Positions 18,064 through 27,888 of a stretch of DNA of 64,000 bases are shown one piece after another. Below the pieces are notes generated by a model. It was not told the DNA's origin. It saw only the letters and a program-made list of their open reading frames with translations, and made no database searches. Source of the DNA: Clostridia bacterium (GTDB taxonomy: Bacteria > Bacillota > Clostridia > UMGS1883). The position numbers and the translations under genes are program-made. Where the stretch lies: the NCBI GenBank assembly GCA_017411435.1, contig JAFQQD010000041.1:94-64093 (forward strand). The letters are read 5' to 3'. How positions within the stretch are numbered: position 1 is the first letter of the stretch; each line of letters opens with the position of its first letter.

Positions 18064-19098
18064 TCAAAGATATTCTATTGTTTCTACCTTTCCACTTTCA
18101 GCAGATTTAATAATTGCCTCGCAAACTGCGACAGTTGCCGCACCCTCTGCACCTGTAATTTCCAATTCCTGCTTACCCATCAGTATATCGATGAAATCAT
18201 CTATTTCAGCACCGACATTATGGTCAGCAAGCTCTACAGGAATTGACAGTGCAATATCTTGCATGGCTGAGCCGAAAAACTCGCTTTTTCCCTCAAATTC
18301 TTCTAAAAACAATGTAAGCGCGGGGCTTTTATTATCAGTAATAATAGTTCCCTTTGTGCCGTAGAGGACTGTGCGCATAGTATATGCACGCTTGCAGCCT
18401 GTTGATACGAAAACCTTTCCCATAACATTATTCGGGAATTTCAAAACAGCAATTGCACTGTCATCACAGGGCCAGTTGTCGTCCAGATACTTTTTATTTG
18501 TATATCCGTAAGCCTCTATCGGGTCACCTGCTATCCAGCGAAGCAAGTCCACAGCGTGGCAACCGCCCCCTGTTACGGGATGACGGGGCTTTTCTTTATC
18601 GTTACGCCAATGGGGCGGCATATGTGAGTAGTCGTGTGCATACTCTGACTCAACGAATACGAGATCTCCGATGATGCCTGAATCAACAATTTCCTTTGCT
18701 TTGATAAATCCGGGAGTTTTTCGGCAAACCTGACCTACCATCAGCATAGCTTCGCTTTTTGCTTCAGCTTCAATCATTGCCTTGCACTCATCCAAATGGA
18801 GTGCAAGAGGCTTTTCGCATAAAACATGAATACCTTCATTCAAAAAGTTCACAACCATCTCGCGATGAATCTGGTCGGGTGTGATTATGCAGACAGCATC
18901 TATCAGATTTTTGTCCACAAGTTCACGATAATCCGAAACTCTGTTTTCTATGCCGTAAATTTCTCCAACCTCATTTAATGTGTCGGGGTTGGTATCGCAT
19001 ATTGCAACAATTTCTGAGTTTTTGTTTGCGATAATTCCTTCAACATGTCTGCGGCCGTGTATTGATACTCCAATAACGGCAAATTTAATTTTTTCCAT
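18064..19098 (-). CDS. Gfo/Idh/MocA-family oxidoreductase
   Basis: 'KIKFAVIGVSIHGRRH' N-terminal Rossmann motif and conserved 'EKPLAL' motif. AAGGTGG RBS. Confidence 0.8.
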   Translation of the reverse strand: MEKIKFAVIGVSIHGRRHVEGIIANKNSEIVAICDTNPDTLNEVGEIYGIENRVSDYRELVDKNLIDAVCIITPDQIHREMVVNFLNEGIHVLCEKPLALHLDECKAMIEAEAKSEAMLMVGQVCRKTPGFIKAKEIVDSGIIGDLVFVESEYAHDYSHMPPHWRNDKEKPRHPVTGGGCHAVDLLRWIAGDPIEAYGYTNKKYLDDNWPCDDSAIAVLKFPNNVMGKVFVSTGCKRAYTMRTVLYGTKGTIITDNKSPALTLFLEEFEGKSEFFGSAMQDIALSIPVELADHNVGAEIDDFIDILMGKQELEITGAEGAATVAVCEAIIKSAESGKVETIEYL

Positions 19099-19113
19099 TT
19101 TATTACCACCTTC

Positions 19114-19743
19114 TTAATATTCTGGTTCGTATTTCTGTATGAAATCTTCCCAGTAAATTTTTCTTATTTCTATATCTTTTATCATCAGTTTTGTGCAATA
19201 TGCAGAAAAGCCGATGTGACCCCCATTAATGGGTTCAGGATCGATTAACTCCGTTATAAGCACATCGTCAACCACCATAAAGCTGTGACCGTTTATTGCA
19301 CCCATGGTCATTCTGACCTCGGTGCCTGGCACATATTTATAAAGAGAGGTTGTTGAGTAAAGCATTGATTCATTTCCTACCTCATTGCGTTCAATACCAC
19401 TCTTATTCTCATACCAGCCGTTGAGTCCGCATACATATGATGTTCCAAGATAATCAGTTTCTTCATCCCAATGAGCGCAAAAAACTGCATTAAGGTCCCG
19501 TGTTGCCGGAAGTGCCGTTTTAACAGTAAATGACATCATAACATCGTCTTCATAATAATCCTTACTGAAAAGTATCCCGCCGAAATTTCCCGGCTCGTCA
19601 CCTATAAGCCATCCGTCCTCCTGCGACCAGTTACCAGACTTTACACTCCAGTATTTCTGCCAGTCTTCCCCGGGGCTGTAGCTTAAAAGAACAGGCGATT
19701 TTTCCCATATTATTTTCTTACGCAAAAGCTTAATATCTTTCAT
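19114..19743 (-). CDS. DUF1080-like (LamG/jelly-roll; 3-keto-disaccharide-hydrolase-like) domain protein
   Basis: ~210 aa. C-terminal 'GGHIGFSAYCTKLMIKDIEIRKI' resembles the DUF1080 'G.IGLQ.H....FRNI.I' tail. Lies next to a Gfo/Idh/MocA gene, as is typical for this family. Confidence 0.45.
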   Translation of the reverse strand: MKDIKLLRKKIIWEKSPVLLSYSPGEDWQKYWSVKSGNWSQEDGWLIGDEPGNFGGILFSKDYYEDDVMMSFTVKTALPATRDLNAVFCAHWDEETDYLGTSYVCGLNGWYENKSGIERNEVGNESMLYSTTSLYKYVPGTEVRMTMGAINGHSFMVVDDVLITELIDPEPINGGHIGFSAYCTKLMIKDIEIRKIYWEDFIQKYEPEY

Positions 19744-19829
19744 ACCTGTGCCTCCGCAACAATTAATTTACTGCTTGAATTAATTGTATCATGCCTTCTT
19801 GTTTTTGTCAACTGTGCACTGTTATTTTG

Positions 19830-19858
19830 TTGACATTTTTTTGCTTTGATGATATAAT
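19830..19858 (+). promoter_or_regulatory. Consensus sigma-70 promoter for the ROK regulator gene, overlapped by a palindromic candidate operator
   Basis: TTGACA (19830-19835), a 17-nt spacer, then TATAAT (19853-19858). Inverted repeat tgtcaac(19806-12)/gttgaca(19829-35) overlaps the -35. A second palindrome CAATTAAT-N11-ATTAATTG lies at ~19762-19788. Confidence 0.7.
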
Positions 19859-19888
19859 TCAAACCATCTTTAAGAAAGGAGGCTTTTT

Positions 19889-21058
19889 ATGACTACTCAG
19901 GTTGCAAATGTTCAGTTAATGCAGAAAATGAACAGGCTTAAGGTTCTTAATTATGTAAGACGCCACCCCGATTGTTCGCGCCCTGAAATTGCGAGGGAGA
20001 CCGGGCTCAGCCTCGCTTCCATAACGAATATAACTGCCTATCTGCTTGATATAGGAATCCTTTCAGACAATGGCACCGAAACTGTTGGCAGAGTAGGCAG
20101 AAAAAGCACCCTTCTGCGTTTTACCAGTGATGCCTATAATCTTATCTGTGTATTTTTATCAAAGGATTATATAAATATTTATGTAACTGACCTTACCGGA
20201 ACTCCCACACGCAAGGTGCGCCACTCTACCGAAAATCTTTCTTCCGAAAAGGTTATAGCTTTGATAGTAGAATCGCTTTCATCTCTCACAAAGGAGATTG
20301 ACAAGGAAAATATTCTGGGCATAGGAGTTTCCATCTCGGGACTTGTGCTTGAAAGCAGCCGATTTATTTTTTCATCAAAATTCAAGTGGAAAGCCTTTGA
20401 CATCAAATCAATTTTAGAAGAATCTACACAAATACCTGTATTTGTGGATAATATTTCACCCGTGCGTGCGACATGGCATCTTAACGAAAATACCAGCGAA
20501 AACAAGGATAACATTCTTTTCATCGACCTTGAAAACGGAATCGGTGCGGCCTGGTTTTCCGGCGGTCAGATTAACACATCTGTTCTTGGAGAAATCGGGC
20601 ACACCACTGTCAAAAAAGACGGGGAACCGTGTTTCTGCGGCAACCGCGGATGCCTTGAATCAATGTGTAGCGAGAAAAGGCTTCTTTCCCTCTTTGAATC
20701 CTCAAGCGGAAAGCGTCTTTCAGAGCTTTCATCACTTCAAAGCCTCTATGATGACGGCAGCAAGCCTGCCGTATTTGCCATTGAGGAATGCGGAAAATAC
20801 CTTGGAATAGGTCTGGCAAATCTAGTAAATCTTTTTAACCCATCTAAATTAATTATAAACACGGGCGATTTTACAAACTGCCCCTCTCTCCTTTCTGTAG
20901 CTAAAGAGGAAATTTCAAAAAGAGCATTTCCTGTCCTCACGGACTCGCTTGAAATAGAGTGTGTTACATCAAACGATGATACAACCATCCGGGGAATGGC
21001 ATATAATCTTTGCGACAGACTTTTTGATATCGCTTGCCCTCACAATATTATAGACTGA
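19889..21058 (+). CDS. ROK-family transcriptional regulator (NagC/XylR-like)
   Basis: N-terminal wHTH 'SRPEIARETGLSLASITNITAYLLDIGIL'. ROK sugar-kinase-like core with the 'CFCGNRGCLE' zinc motif. GGAGG RBS. Confidence 0.85.
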   Translation: MTTQVANVQLMQKMNRLKVLNYVRRHPDCSRPEIARETGLSLASITNITAYLLDIGILSDNGTETVGRVGRKSTLLRFTSDAYNLICVFLSKDYINIYVTDLTGTPTRKVRHSTENLSSEKVIALIVESLSSLTKEIDKENILGIGVSISGLVLESSRFIFSSKFKWKAFDIKSILEESTQIPVFVDNISPVRATWHLNENTSENKDNILFIDLENGIGAAWFSGGQINTSVLGEIGHTTVKKDGEPCFCGNRGCLESMCSEKRLLSLFESSSGKRLSELSSLQSLYDDGSKPAVFAIEECGKYLGIGLANLVNLFNPSKLIINTGDFTNCPSLLSVAKEEISKRAFPVLTDSLEIECVTSNDDTTIRGMAYNLCDRLFDIACPHNIID

Positions 21059-21072
21059 AAAGGCCGTCAAAA

Positions 21073-21909
21073 CTACCGTGTAAAGCCCTCGCCTATTATA
21101 TGCTCAGCCTCAGTTGCAATAACAAATGCCCTGGGGTCTTCCTCGTAGACAATCTCCTTTATATGATGATATTCCCAAACGCGCACCACACACATAAGGA
21201 CCGATGTCGGTTTTTTTGAATATGCTCCCTGCGCGGTTAGAAAAGTTGCTCCGCGGTCGCGTTCCTGTAAGATGCGCTGTGCTATACTTTCGCTTTTTTG
21301 TGATATTATAAAAAGGTTTCTGCCCTTTTCAGAGCCGTAGACGAGTTTGTTTATGACTACCGTCTGTGTAAAAAGCGCTACAATCCCATACAGAGCTGAT
21401 TCAATATTTCTGAAAACAAGTGCGGACACACCAAGTATGATACAATCGACCATCATAAGAGCTTTTCCTATTGATATATGTGGGAAGCGCCGTTCTATAA
21501 GATGTCCGATTATATCTGTTCCGGCAGTTGAGGAACCATTCATAAATACAACTGAAAGTCCTGCGCCGACAAATACGCCTGTAAAGAGAGATCCAAGCAG
21601 TCTGTCTCCGCCGTATTGAGGGAAAAAGGGAGTCACAATTACATCGAGTATAATTGTATTTATAAGAACAGTCCGCATAGTTTTAAGGGTAAATTTCCGC
21701 CCCATAAATTTATACGCCACAACAAGCAGCGGAATATTGAGTACAAGCATCGTTATTCCTATCGGAAGAGCGGTAAGGTATCTTATCATAAGAGATATAC
21801 CACTGAGACCTCCGGGAGCAATATCCACCTTTTCGGCAAAGGAATAAAGGCCGATTGAAACGGCAAGGGTGCCGAGAATATCATAGAAAATACTTTTAAT
21901 AGTTTTCAT
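21073..21909 (-). CDS. YitT-family (DUF161/DUF2179) integral membrane protein
   Basis: Multi-TM N-terminal region plus C-terminal DUF2179-like domain. Typical ~280 aa. Confidence 0.7.
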   Translation of the reverse strand: MKTIKSIFYDILGTLAVSIGLYSFAEKVDIAPGGLSGISLMIRYLTALPIGITMLVLNIPLLVVAYKFMGRKFTLKTMRTVLINTIILDVIVTPFFPQYGGDRLLGSLFTGVFVGAGLSVVFMNGSSTAGTDIIGHLIERRFPHISIGKALMMVDCIILGVSALVFRNIESALYGIVALFTQTVVINKLVYGSEKGRNLFIISQKSESIAQRILQERDRGATFLTAQGAYSKKPTSVLMCVVRVWEYHHIKEIVYEEDPRAFVIATEAEHIIGEGFTR

Positions 21910-21917
21910 GGCAAATT

Positions 21918-21950
21918 AAAAAGGATAGACAGTTGTCTATCCTTTTTTCT
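21918..21950 (-). terminator. Terminator downstream of ftsY
   Basis: aaaaaggatagacagttgtctatcctttttt palindrome with T-runs on both strands. Confidence 0.7.
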
Positions 21951-21991
21951 CCGTTATCAGTTTTTCTTAGTTTTATACAGAAAGCCCTTTT

Positions 21992-22924
21992 TTATTCTCC
22001 AAAAAGCGCTGATGCAAAATTCATCGGGTCAAATTCCTGCAGGTCGTCTATACCCTCACCTACACCGATAAATTTAACGCCTACGCCGAGCTTTTTGCAG
22101 ATGTTTACGACAATTCCGCCTTTTGCAGTTCCGTCAAGTTTAGTAAGGATTATACCGCTGATTTCGGCGACCTTGTTAAATTCTTCCGCCTGATTTACGG
22201 CATTCTGACCTGTTGTTGCATCAAGCACCAGAAGAATTTCCTTATGAGCCTCGGGAAGTTCACGCTCAATTACTCTATAAATCTTCCCAAGTTCATCCAT
22301 AAGGTTTTTCTTATTATGAAGTCTTCCCGCAGTATCGCAGATGCATACATCTGCGCCCTTGCTTTTAGCACTTGCACAGGCATCAAACACAACTGCTGCA
22401 GGGTCAGCCCCCTCAGTAAGTCTTACGATGGGAACATCGTTTCTATCCGCCCATATTTCAAGCTGGTCTGCCGCTGCCGCACGGAATGTGTCTGCCGCAC
22501 CTAAGACAACCTTCTTCCCCTCTTTTTTAAGTTTAGAGGTAAGCTTACCGATTGTTGTCGTTTTGCCGACACCGTTTACGCCAATAACCAGAATAACGGT
22601 GGGCTTTGTTTTAAGATGCAATTCGGTATCATTTTTACTTAAAATCTCACAAATGATATTTTTAAGTTCTTCCTTTACCTGTGCTGCATCATTTATGTGT
22701 TTTTTCTTTACATTTTCGCGAAGCTCTTCAACGATTTCGCACGAGGTCTGTCCGCCGATGTCAGCCATAATGAGAGCTTCTTCAAGCTCATCATAAAGGT
22801 CATCATCAATTTTTGAAAAGACCTGAAATACATTGTCAATTTTTTCATTAAAAGAGTCTCTTGTTTTGCCAAGACCTTCACGCAGTCTGGCGAAGAGTCC
22901 TTTTTTTTCTGTATTATTTTCCAT
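21992..22924 (-). CDS. ftsY: Signal recognition particle receptor FtsY
   Basis: SRP GTPase 'VILVIGVNGVGKTTTIGKL', 'DTAGR' and 'TKLDGTAKGG' motifs. Conserved smc-ftsY order. Confidence 0.9.
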   Translation of the reverse strand: MENNTEKKGLFARLREGLGKTRDSFNEKIDNVFQVFSKIDDDLYDELEEALIMADIGGQTSCEIVEELRENVKKKHINDAAQVKEELKNIICEILSKNDTELHLKTKPTVILVIGVNGVGKTTTIGKLTSKLKKEGKKVVLGAADTFRAAAADQLEIWADRNDVPIVRLTEGADPAAVVFDACASAKSKGADVCICDTAGRLHNKKNLMDELGKIYRVIERELPEAHKEILLVLDATTGQNAVNQAEEFNKVAEISGIILTKLDGTAKGGIVVNICKKLGVGVKFIGVGEGIDDLQEFDPMNFASALFGE

Positions 22925-22956
22925 AATTATCTGTCCTTTACTACGATGAGCTTTAA

Positions 22957-25900
22957 TTATTGCTCTTCAAATGCAACATCCTCAAGTTTCATTGAAAGAA
23001 GTCTTGAAACGCCGCGTTCCTGCATAGTTACACCATAGAGGATGTCTGCCGCCTCCATAGTTCCGCGTCTGTGTGTAATAATAACAAACTGTGTTTTTTC
23101 GCCGCGGTTTCGTATGTATTCTGCAAAGCGGTATACATTTTCCTCATCAAGTGCGGCCTCAATTTCATCAAGCACGAGGAATGGCGCAGGAGATACCTGG
23201 AGCAGTGCAAACAGAAGTGCAATAGCCGTAAGTGCGTGCTCACCGCCCGAGAGAAGTGTAATGCTCTGAAGTTTCTTTCCGGGTGGCTGAACTTCAATTT
23301 CAATGGGACTTTCAAGCGTGTCAAGGGGGTTAAGAAGTTTTACCTCAGCCTTACCGCCACCGAAAAGTTCTACGAAGCTCTTGCCGAAAAGTTTGTTTAT
23401 AATTTCAAACTTCTTTGCAAACTGCTCACGCATTACATTCATCATTTCACCTATGAGTTTTTCAAGGTCGGCTTTTGCCTTTTCCATATCGTCAACCTGC
23501 GTGGTCAGGAATTCATATCTTCCCTTAACCTCTTTATATTCCTCAATAGCGTCAACATTGATATTTCCAAGCGCCCTTATTGAATTTTTAAGCTGAGAAA
23601 TGGTTTTCTGAGCCTCAGAAAGCGAGCCGATATCCTTTTTAAGCTCAAGAGCAGTATTGTAAGTAAGTTCGTAACTGTCCCAAAGCCTTGTAGCGGCGCT
23701 TTCAAGGTCTTCTTCAATTTTAGCTTTCTTGGTTTCTATGCGCACAACCTCTCCCTGAAGAACAAGGATTTTTTCATTAAGGGTTTTGATTGTTTCGCGA
23801 AGTTTTTCAAGCTCAACATCGCTGCCGCTTCTGCCCGAAAGATGTGCTTTTATTTCTTCGCGCATGGATTCGATTGCAACCTCACACTGTTTCTGACGCA
23901 TAAGATTTTCTTCAATCTGTTTTTCAAGAGAAGCAATTGCCTTTTCCTGAGCTTCTTTTTCATCAAGGCGAGCCTTGTAATCAGACTGTGAATTCAGTAT
24001 GCCCCTCTTAGCGTCATCAATACGCTCCTGGGCAAGTTCAACATCCTTCTGCGCGCTGTTGATTTCCATTTTCTTGTCAATGACTTTTGTACTGTGAGCT
24101 TCACGGCGGAGCGTTTCCTCACGAACGCTGTCCTGCTTGTCTTTAACAATTGCTTCCGCCTTTTCGATAAGTTCGTCAGAACCTTCAAGGATTTCACGAA
24201 GTTTTTTCTTTGTTTCAACTGTATCTGTCTGCTGTGTAGAAATCTGAGTCTTTTCCGCAGTAAGTTTTTCAAAACGCTCATGCGCTATCTGAAGAAGACT
24301 TTCCTTCATATCAGCTTCTGCCTTAACTTTAAGGAGATGATTCTCACTTTCAGAAAGTTTTTCGCGGAGAATTGCCTCTTTTCTGCGGCTTGCTTCCGCC
24401 TCATCAGCGCATTTATCAATCTCGTCTTCGAGTCTTTCTGTTTCCGCTGCAAGACGGTCACACTCTTTATCAAGAGATTCAATTTCGTCTTTTCTGCCAA
24501 GAAGTGCCTGTGCACGGTTTACGCTACCGCCGGTAATACTACCTCCAGTCTGTAAAAGCTCGCCTGCAAGGGTTACTATCTTGAATTTATAATGCGTAGC
24601 CTTGGCAAGTTTTACAGCGCTTTCCATATCCTCCATAATGACTGTTCTGCCGAGAAGTGCCTCAATAACATTTTTTATGGATTTATCACATTCGACAACA
24701 TCGCTTGCAATAGAGATTGCGCCATCATTACTCATCACGCGCGATTCGTTATCAAGACGCTTTCCCTCCTGAGAAGATATGGGAAGGAATGTAACTCTTC
24801 CGATTTTGTTCTTTTTAAGGAATTCAATCGCCTCTTTTGCATCTTCCTCGTCATTTACAACGATGTTCTGCATAGCATTGCCGAGCGCGGTTTCAATAGC
24901 AGTGGTGTACTTTTTGTCAACTGTAATAAGTTTACTTAAAACACCGATGATATTTCCACTGTACTTGCCCTCATCCTTTGCGCGGAGAAGGTCGCGGACA
25001 CTGCGGGCATAGCCTTCCAGTGCGCGCTCCATTTCGTCAAGCATTTTGCGTCTTCCCTGCTTTTCGCCAAGGCTTGTTGAAAGTTCGTTATATTTTGTTT
25101 TGAGTTCACCGCTCTTTCGATTGAGGTCGTGGTAACGCTGATTTTCGTTATATACATCGTCAGAAAGTTTGTCAAACTCAATCTGCGCTTTTTCAGCCTT
25201 TCCGGAAAGTTCGGCACATTTTGAGGTCAAGCGGTTAATATCGTCAGATGCCGCCGCTATATCAACCTCGATAGAGAATCTGCGGGTTTCTATGTTTTGT
25301 GTGATAAGGTCAATACTGTCAAGTCTTGACTGCGCTTCGCTCTTTTTCGCGCGAAGGTTCATTACCTCCTCACGGGCAGTTTCGAGAGCCTTTACCCTGC
25401 GCGAAACTTCTTCCCCGATTGCGCGGTCCTCATCCTCAAGGGCAACGAGCTCATCAGTCATTTTGAGGAAGCGCTCATTTTTCTTTATTTTCTCGTCTTC
25501 AAGGAGTGTTATCTGTTCTTTTATACCTTCCTCTCTCTGGGACCATCCCTGAAGCTCGGTATCAATACGGATAATATTCACCTTGTGATTTTCAATGTTG
25601 TTTTTAATTATTGCGCGCTCGTTCTCGATAGACGCGCTGTCACTTTCGAGCGATGTAAGTTTCTCGCGTTTTGCTTCAAGTTCGCTGTCCGTTTCGCGAA
25701 TCTGCGCGTAAAGAAGGTCACTCTTTTCATTGCACGCGTCAAGTTCTTCTTTTGCAGTATTGAATTCTCCAACGGCATTCTCGTAAAGCTCGGCAGTTTT
25801 GACACCCTCGGCACGCTTTAAGTCGGTAATTTCAAGAAGTGCACTTACTTCAATACCCTTAAGTTCTTCGCGCAGGTCGAGGTATTTTATCGCCTTTTCA

Positions 25901-26526
25901 CTCTGTCTGCGAAGAGGTTCAACACGCTCAGTAAGTTCGCCTAATATATCGCGCACACGGACAAGATTATCCTCTGTATGATTAAGCTTACGCTCCGCTT
26001 CATTCTTGCGGTAGCGATATTTGGAAATCCCGGCAGCCTCTTCAAATATCTGACGGCGGTCCTCACTCTTTGCGGAAACGATTTCCGCAATTTTACCCTG
26101 ACCGACTATTGAATAACCGTCACGGCCGAGACCTGTATCCATAAGGAGTTCGTTAATATCTTTAAGTCTGCAGGCGGTACGGTTAATCATATACTCACTC
26201 TCGCCACTGCGGAAAACTCTACGGGTAATTTCAACCTCATTAAAGTCGCAGGGCAAAAAATGGGTAGAATTATCAAGCACAAGCGAAACCTCAGCATAAC
26301 CGAGAGGCTTTCTCTTCTGCGTACCGGCAAATATGACATCTTCCATTTTTCCACCGCGGAGGGTTTTTGCACTCTGCTCACCCATAACCCAACGCACCGC
26401 GTCAGAGATATTACTCTTACCGCTTCCGTTAGGTCCAACTATTGCAGTAACCCCCTGGTGAACCTCAATAACTGTCTTGTCTGCAAAGGACTTGAAGCCC
26501 TGTAATTCTATTCGTTTAAGGTACAT
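22957..26526 (-). CDS. smc: Chromosome segregation protein SMC
   Basis: 1189 aa. N-terminal Walker A 'GPNGSGKSN'. Long coiled coils and a hinge. C-terminal 'LSGGE' signature and Walker B 'LVLDEIEAALD'. Confidence 0.9.
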   Translation of the reverse strand: MYLKRIELQGFKSFADKTVIEVHQGVTAIVGPNGSGKSNISDAVRWVMGEQSAKTLRGGKMEDVIFAGTQKRKPLGYAEVSLVLDNSTHFLPCDFNEVEITRRVFRSGESEYMINRTACRLKDINELLMDTGLGRDGYSIVGQGKIAEIVSAKSEDRRQIFEEAAGISKYRYRKNEAERKLNHTEDNLVRVRDILGELTERVEPLRRQSEKAIKYLDLREELKGIEVSALLEITDLKRAEGVKTAELYENAVGEFNTAKEELDACNEKSDLLYAQIRETDSELEAKREKLTSLESDSASIENERAIIKNNIENHKVNIIRIDTELQGWSQREEGIKEQITLLEDEKIKKNERFLKMTDELVALEDEDRAIGEEVSRRVKALETAREEVMNLRAKKSEAQSRLDSIDLITQNIETRRFSIEVDIAAASDDINRLTSKCAELSGKAEKAQIEFDKLSDDVYNENQRYHDLNRKSGELKTKYNELSTSLGEKQGRRKMLDEMERALEGYARSVRDLLRAKDEGKYSGNIIGVLSKLITVDKKYTTAIETALGNAMQNIVVNDEEDAKEAIEFLKKNKIGRVTFLPISSQEGKRLDNESRVMSNDGAISIASDVVECDKSIKNVIEALLGRTVIMEDMESAVKLAKATHYKFKIVTLAGELLQTGGSITGGSVNRAQALLGRKDEIESLDKECDRLAAETERLEDEIDKCADEAEASRRKEAILREKLSESENHLLKVKAEADMKESLLQIAHERFEKLTAEKTQISTQQTDTVETKKKLREILEGSDELIEKAEAIVKDKQDSVREETLRREAHSTKVIDKKMEINSAQKDVELAQERIDDAKRGILNSQSDYKARLDEKEAQEKAIASLEKQIEENLMRQKQCEVAIESMREEIKAHLSGRSGSDVELEKLRETIKTLNEKILVLQGEVVRIETKKAKIEEDLESAATRLWDSYELTYNTALELKKDIGSLSEAQKTISQLKNSIRALGNINVDAIEEYKEVKGRYEFLTTQVDDMEKAKADLEKLIGEMMNVMREQFAKKFEIINKLFGKSFVELFGGGKAEVKLLNPLDTLESPIEIEVQPPGKKLQSITLLSGGEHALTAIALLFALLQVSPAPFLVLDEIEAALDEENVYRFAEYIRNRGEKTQFVIITHRRGTMEAADILYGVTMQERGVSRLLSMKLEDVAFEEQ

Positions 26527-26763
26527 AAATTCACCTACTTTTCCTATCTTATTGATTGTACCATATTTTTACTGAATAATCAAGAGCAAAATACATTATA
26601 TTGGGGTATTTTAATGAAAAATTACACATTTTATACTAAATGGGTGATAACAGTGTTTTTGCAGTTTTCGTACCTTTCGTATAAAAGTTTTTTTTGCGCA
26701 AATAATGATTAGGAAAGTGTTTTCAGTGCTTCCAAAAAAATAAAAAAAAGGGAAAAAAGATAT

Positions 26764-26792
26764 TGACAAATCAGTTTTATTTTGCTATACTT
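26764..26792 (+). promoter_or_regulatory. Near-consensus sigma-70 promoter of the tRNA operon
   Basis: TTGACA (26764-69), a 17-nt spacer, then TATACT (26787-92), ~15 nt upstream of tRNA-Gly. A-rich UP-like tract lies upstream. Confidence 0.7.
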
Positions 26793-26806
26793 TTAGAGTC
26801 ACATCT

Positions 26807-26880
26807 GCGGGTGTAGTTCATTGGTAGAACACCAGCCTTCCAAGCTGGATAGGTGGGTTCGATTCCCATCACCCGCTCCA
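26807..26880 (+). tRNA. tRNA-Gly (anticodon UCC)
   Basis: Cloverleaf with acceptor gcgggtg/cacccgc, anticodon loop cuUCCaa and encoded CCA. Near-identical to Bacillus tRNA-Gly(UCC). Confidence 0.9.
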
Positions 26881-26902
26881 TTTTTTGCCACAAAATATAT
26901 GT

Positions 26903-26979
<77 letters not shown>

Positions 26980-26984
26980 TATGT

Positions 26985-27062
26985 GGTGGGTATAGCTCAG
27001 TTGGTTAGAGCGCTAGATTGTGGCTCTAGAGGCCGAGGGTTCGAGTCCCTCTATCCACCCCA
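26985..27062 (+). tRNA. tRNA-His (anticodon GUG) with an encoded G-1
   Basis: Extra 5' G. Anticodon stem-loop ctaga-ttGTGgc-tctag. T-arm ggttcgagtcc. CCA encoded. Confidence 0.85.
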
Positions 27063-27100
27063 CTTATCCACCTGAGTTACACTCAGCATTGTAACTATGT

Positions 27101-27177
27101 TGGGCTGTAGCCAAGTCGGTTAAGGCACCAGACTTTGACTCTGGCAGTCGCAGGTTCAAGTCCTGCCAGCCCAGCCA
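27101..27177 (+). tRNA. tRNA-Gln (anticodon UUG)
   Basis: U1-A72 acceptor tgggctg/cagccca, anticodon loop cuUUGac, CCA encoded. Confidence 0.85.
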
Positions 27178-27181
27178 ATAC

Positions 27182-27257
27182 GGGCCATTAGCTCAGTCGG
27201 CAGAGCACTTGACTTTTAATCAAGTTGTCCGGGGTTCGAATCTCCGATGGCTCACCA
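27182..27257 (+). tRNA. tRNA-Lys (anticodon UUU)
   Basis: Acceptor gggccat/atggctc, anticodon loop cuUUUaa, T-arm ggttcgaatc, CCA encoded. Confidence 0.85.
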
Positions 27258-27300
27258 AAAAAAGAAACACTCACTTTTTGTGGGTGTTTCTTTTTTTGGT
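27258..27300 (+). terminator. Rho-independent terminator of the tRNA operon (palindrome extends into the tRNA-Lys 3' end)
   Basis: agaaacactcac-ttttt-gtgggtgtttct hairpin followed by T7. The flanking ggtgagccatc is the inverse complement of the tRNA-Lys 3' acceptor. Confidence 0.7.
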
Positions 27301-27888
27301 GAGCCATCTGGGTTTGTGCTTTGATTAAATTTATGTGCTTTGCCGACTGAGCGAGCGAAGTCGGTAGTCTGCAAGACCTTCGCTGCCGGTGGCAGATGAA
27401 GAAGGTCTTGCAGAAACGCAGTAGCTGAAGGTTTGAGTGGGTATTTACTGCCCACGAAAAAACTTCGCTGCTACAAGGTGTCGTTTCCAACTTAGCGACC
27501 TTTTAAACTGAAGTTACAGAGTTTAATCTGCCCTTTTTAAAAAACTATTGCTAAATCATAAAAAATGTGATATTCTAAAGATGCCAAACAAACTAAATAT
27601 ATTATACAGTGTTGAGGTATATTTTCTTTTGGAATAATATGCTTTTTTTCGCATACACTTATTTTGAATTTCGTCAAAAACGCAGATTCCATTTATAAGT
27701 GTGTGCGTATATCTCGTACTGTATAAAGGTTTGTTTGGCGACAATCGGGGTTTGCGTTTTTTATGCGTCAACTTCGGTTGGCGCATTTTTTATTTACAAA
27801 TAATAATATCTATTGGAGGTGGCGTACTTAACAGTTATGTAAATGAAAGATGTATTATTTCATAATTATATGAAAGGAAAGATTTTAA

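Noticed and set aside
23028-25981. Numerous 60-170 aa ORFs on both strands inside smc
   Set aside because: They are embedded in or antisense to the 1189-aa SMC coding sequence and reflect coiled-coil codon bias (K/E/R/S-rich). They are not independent genes.
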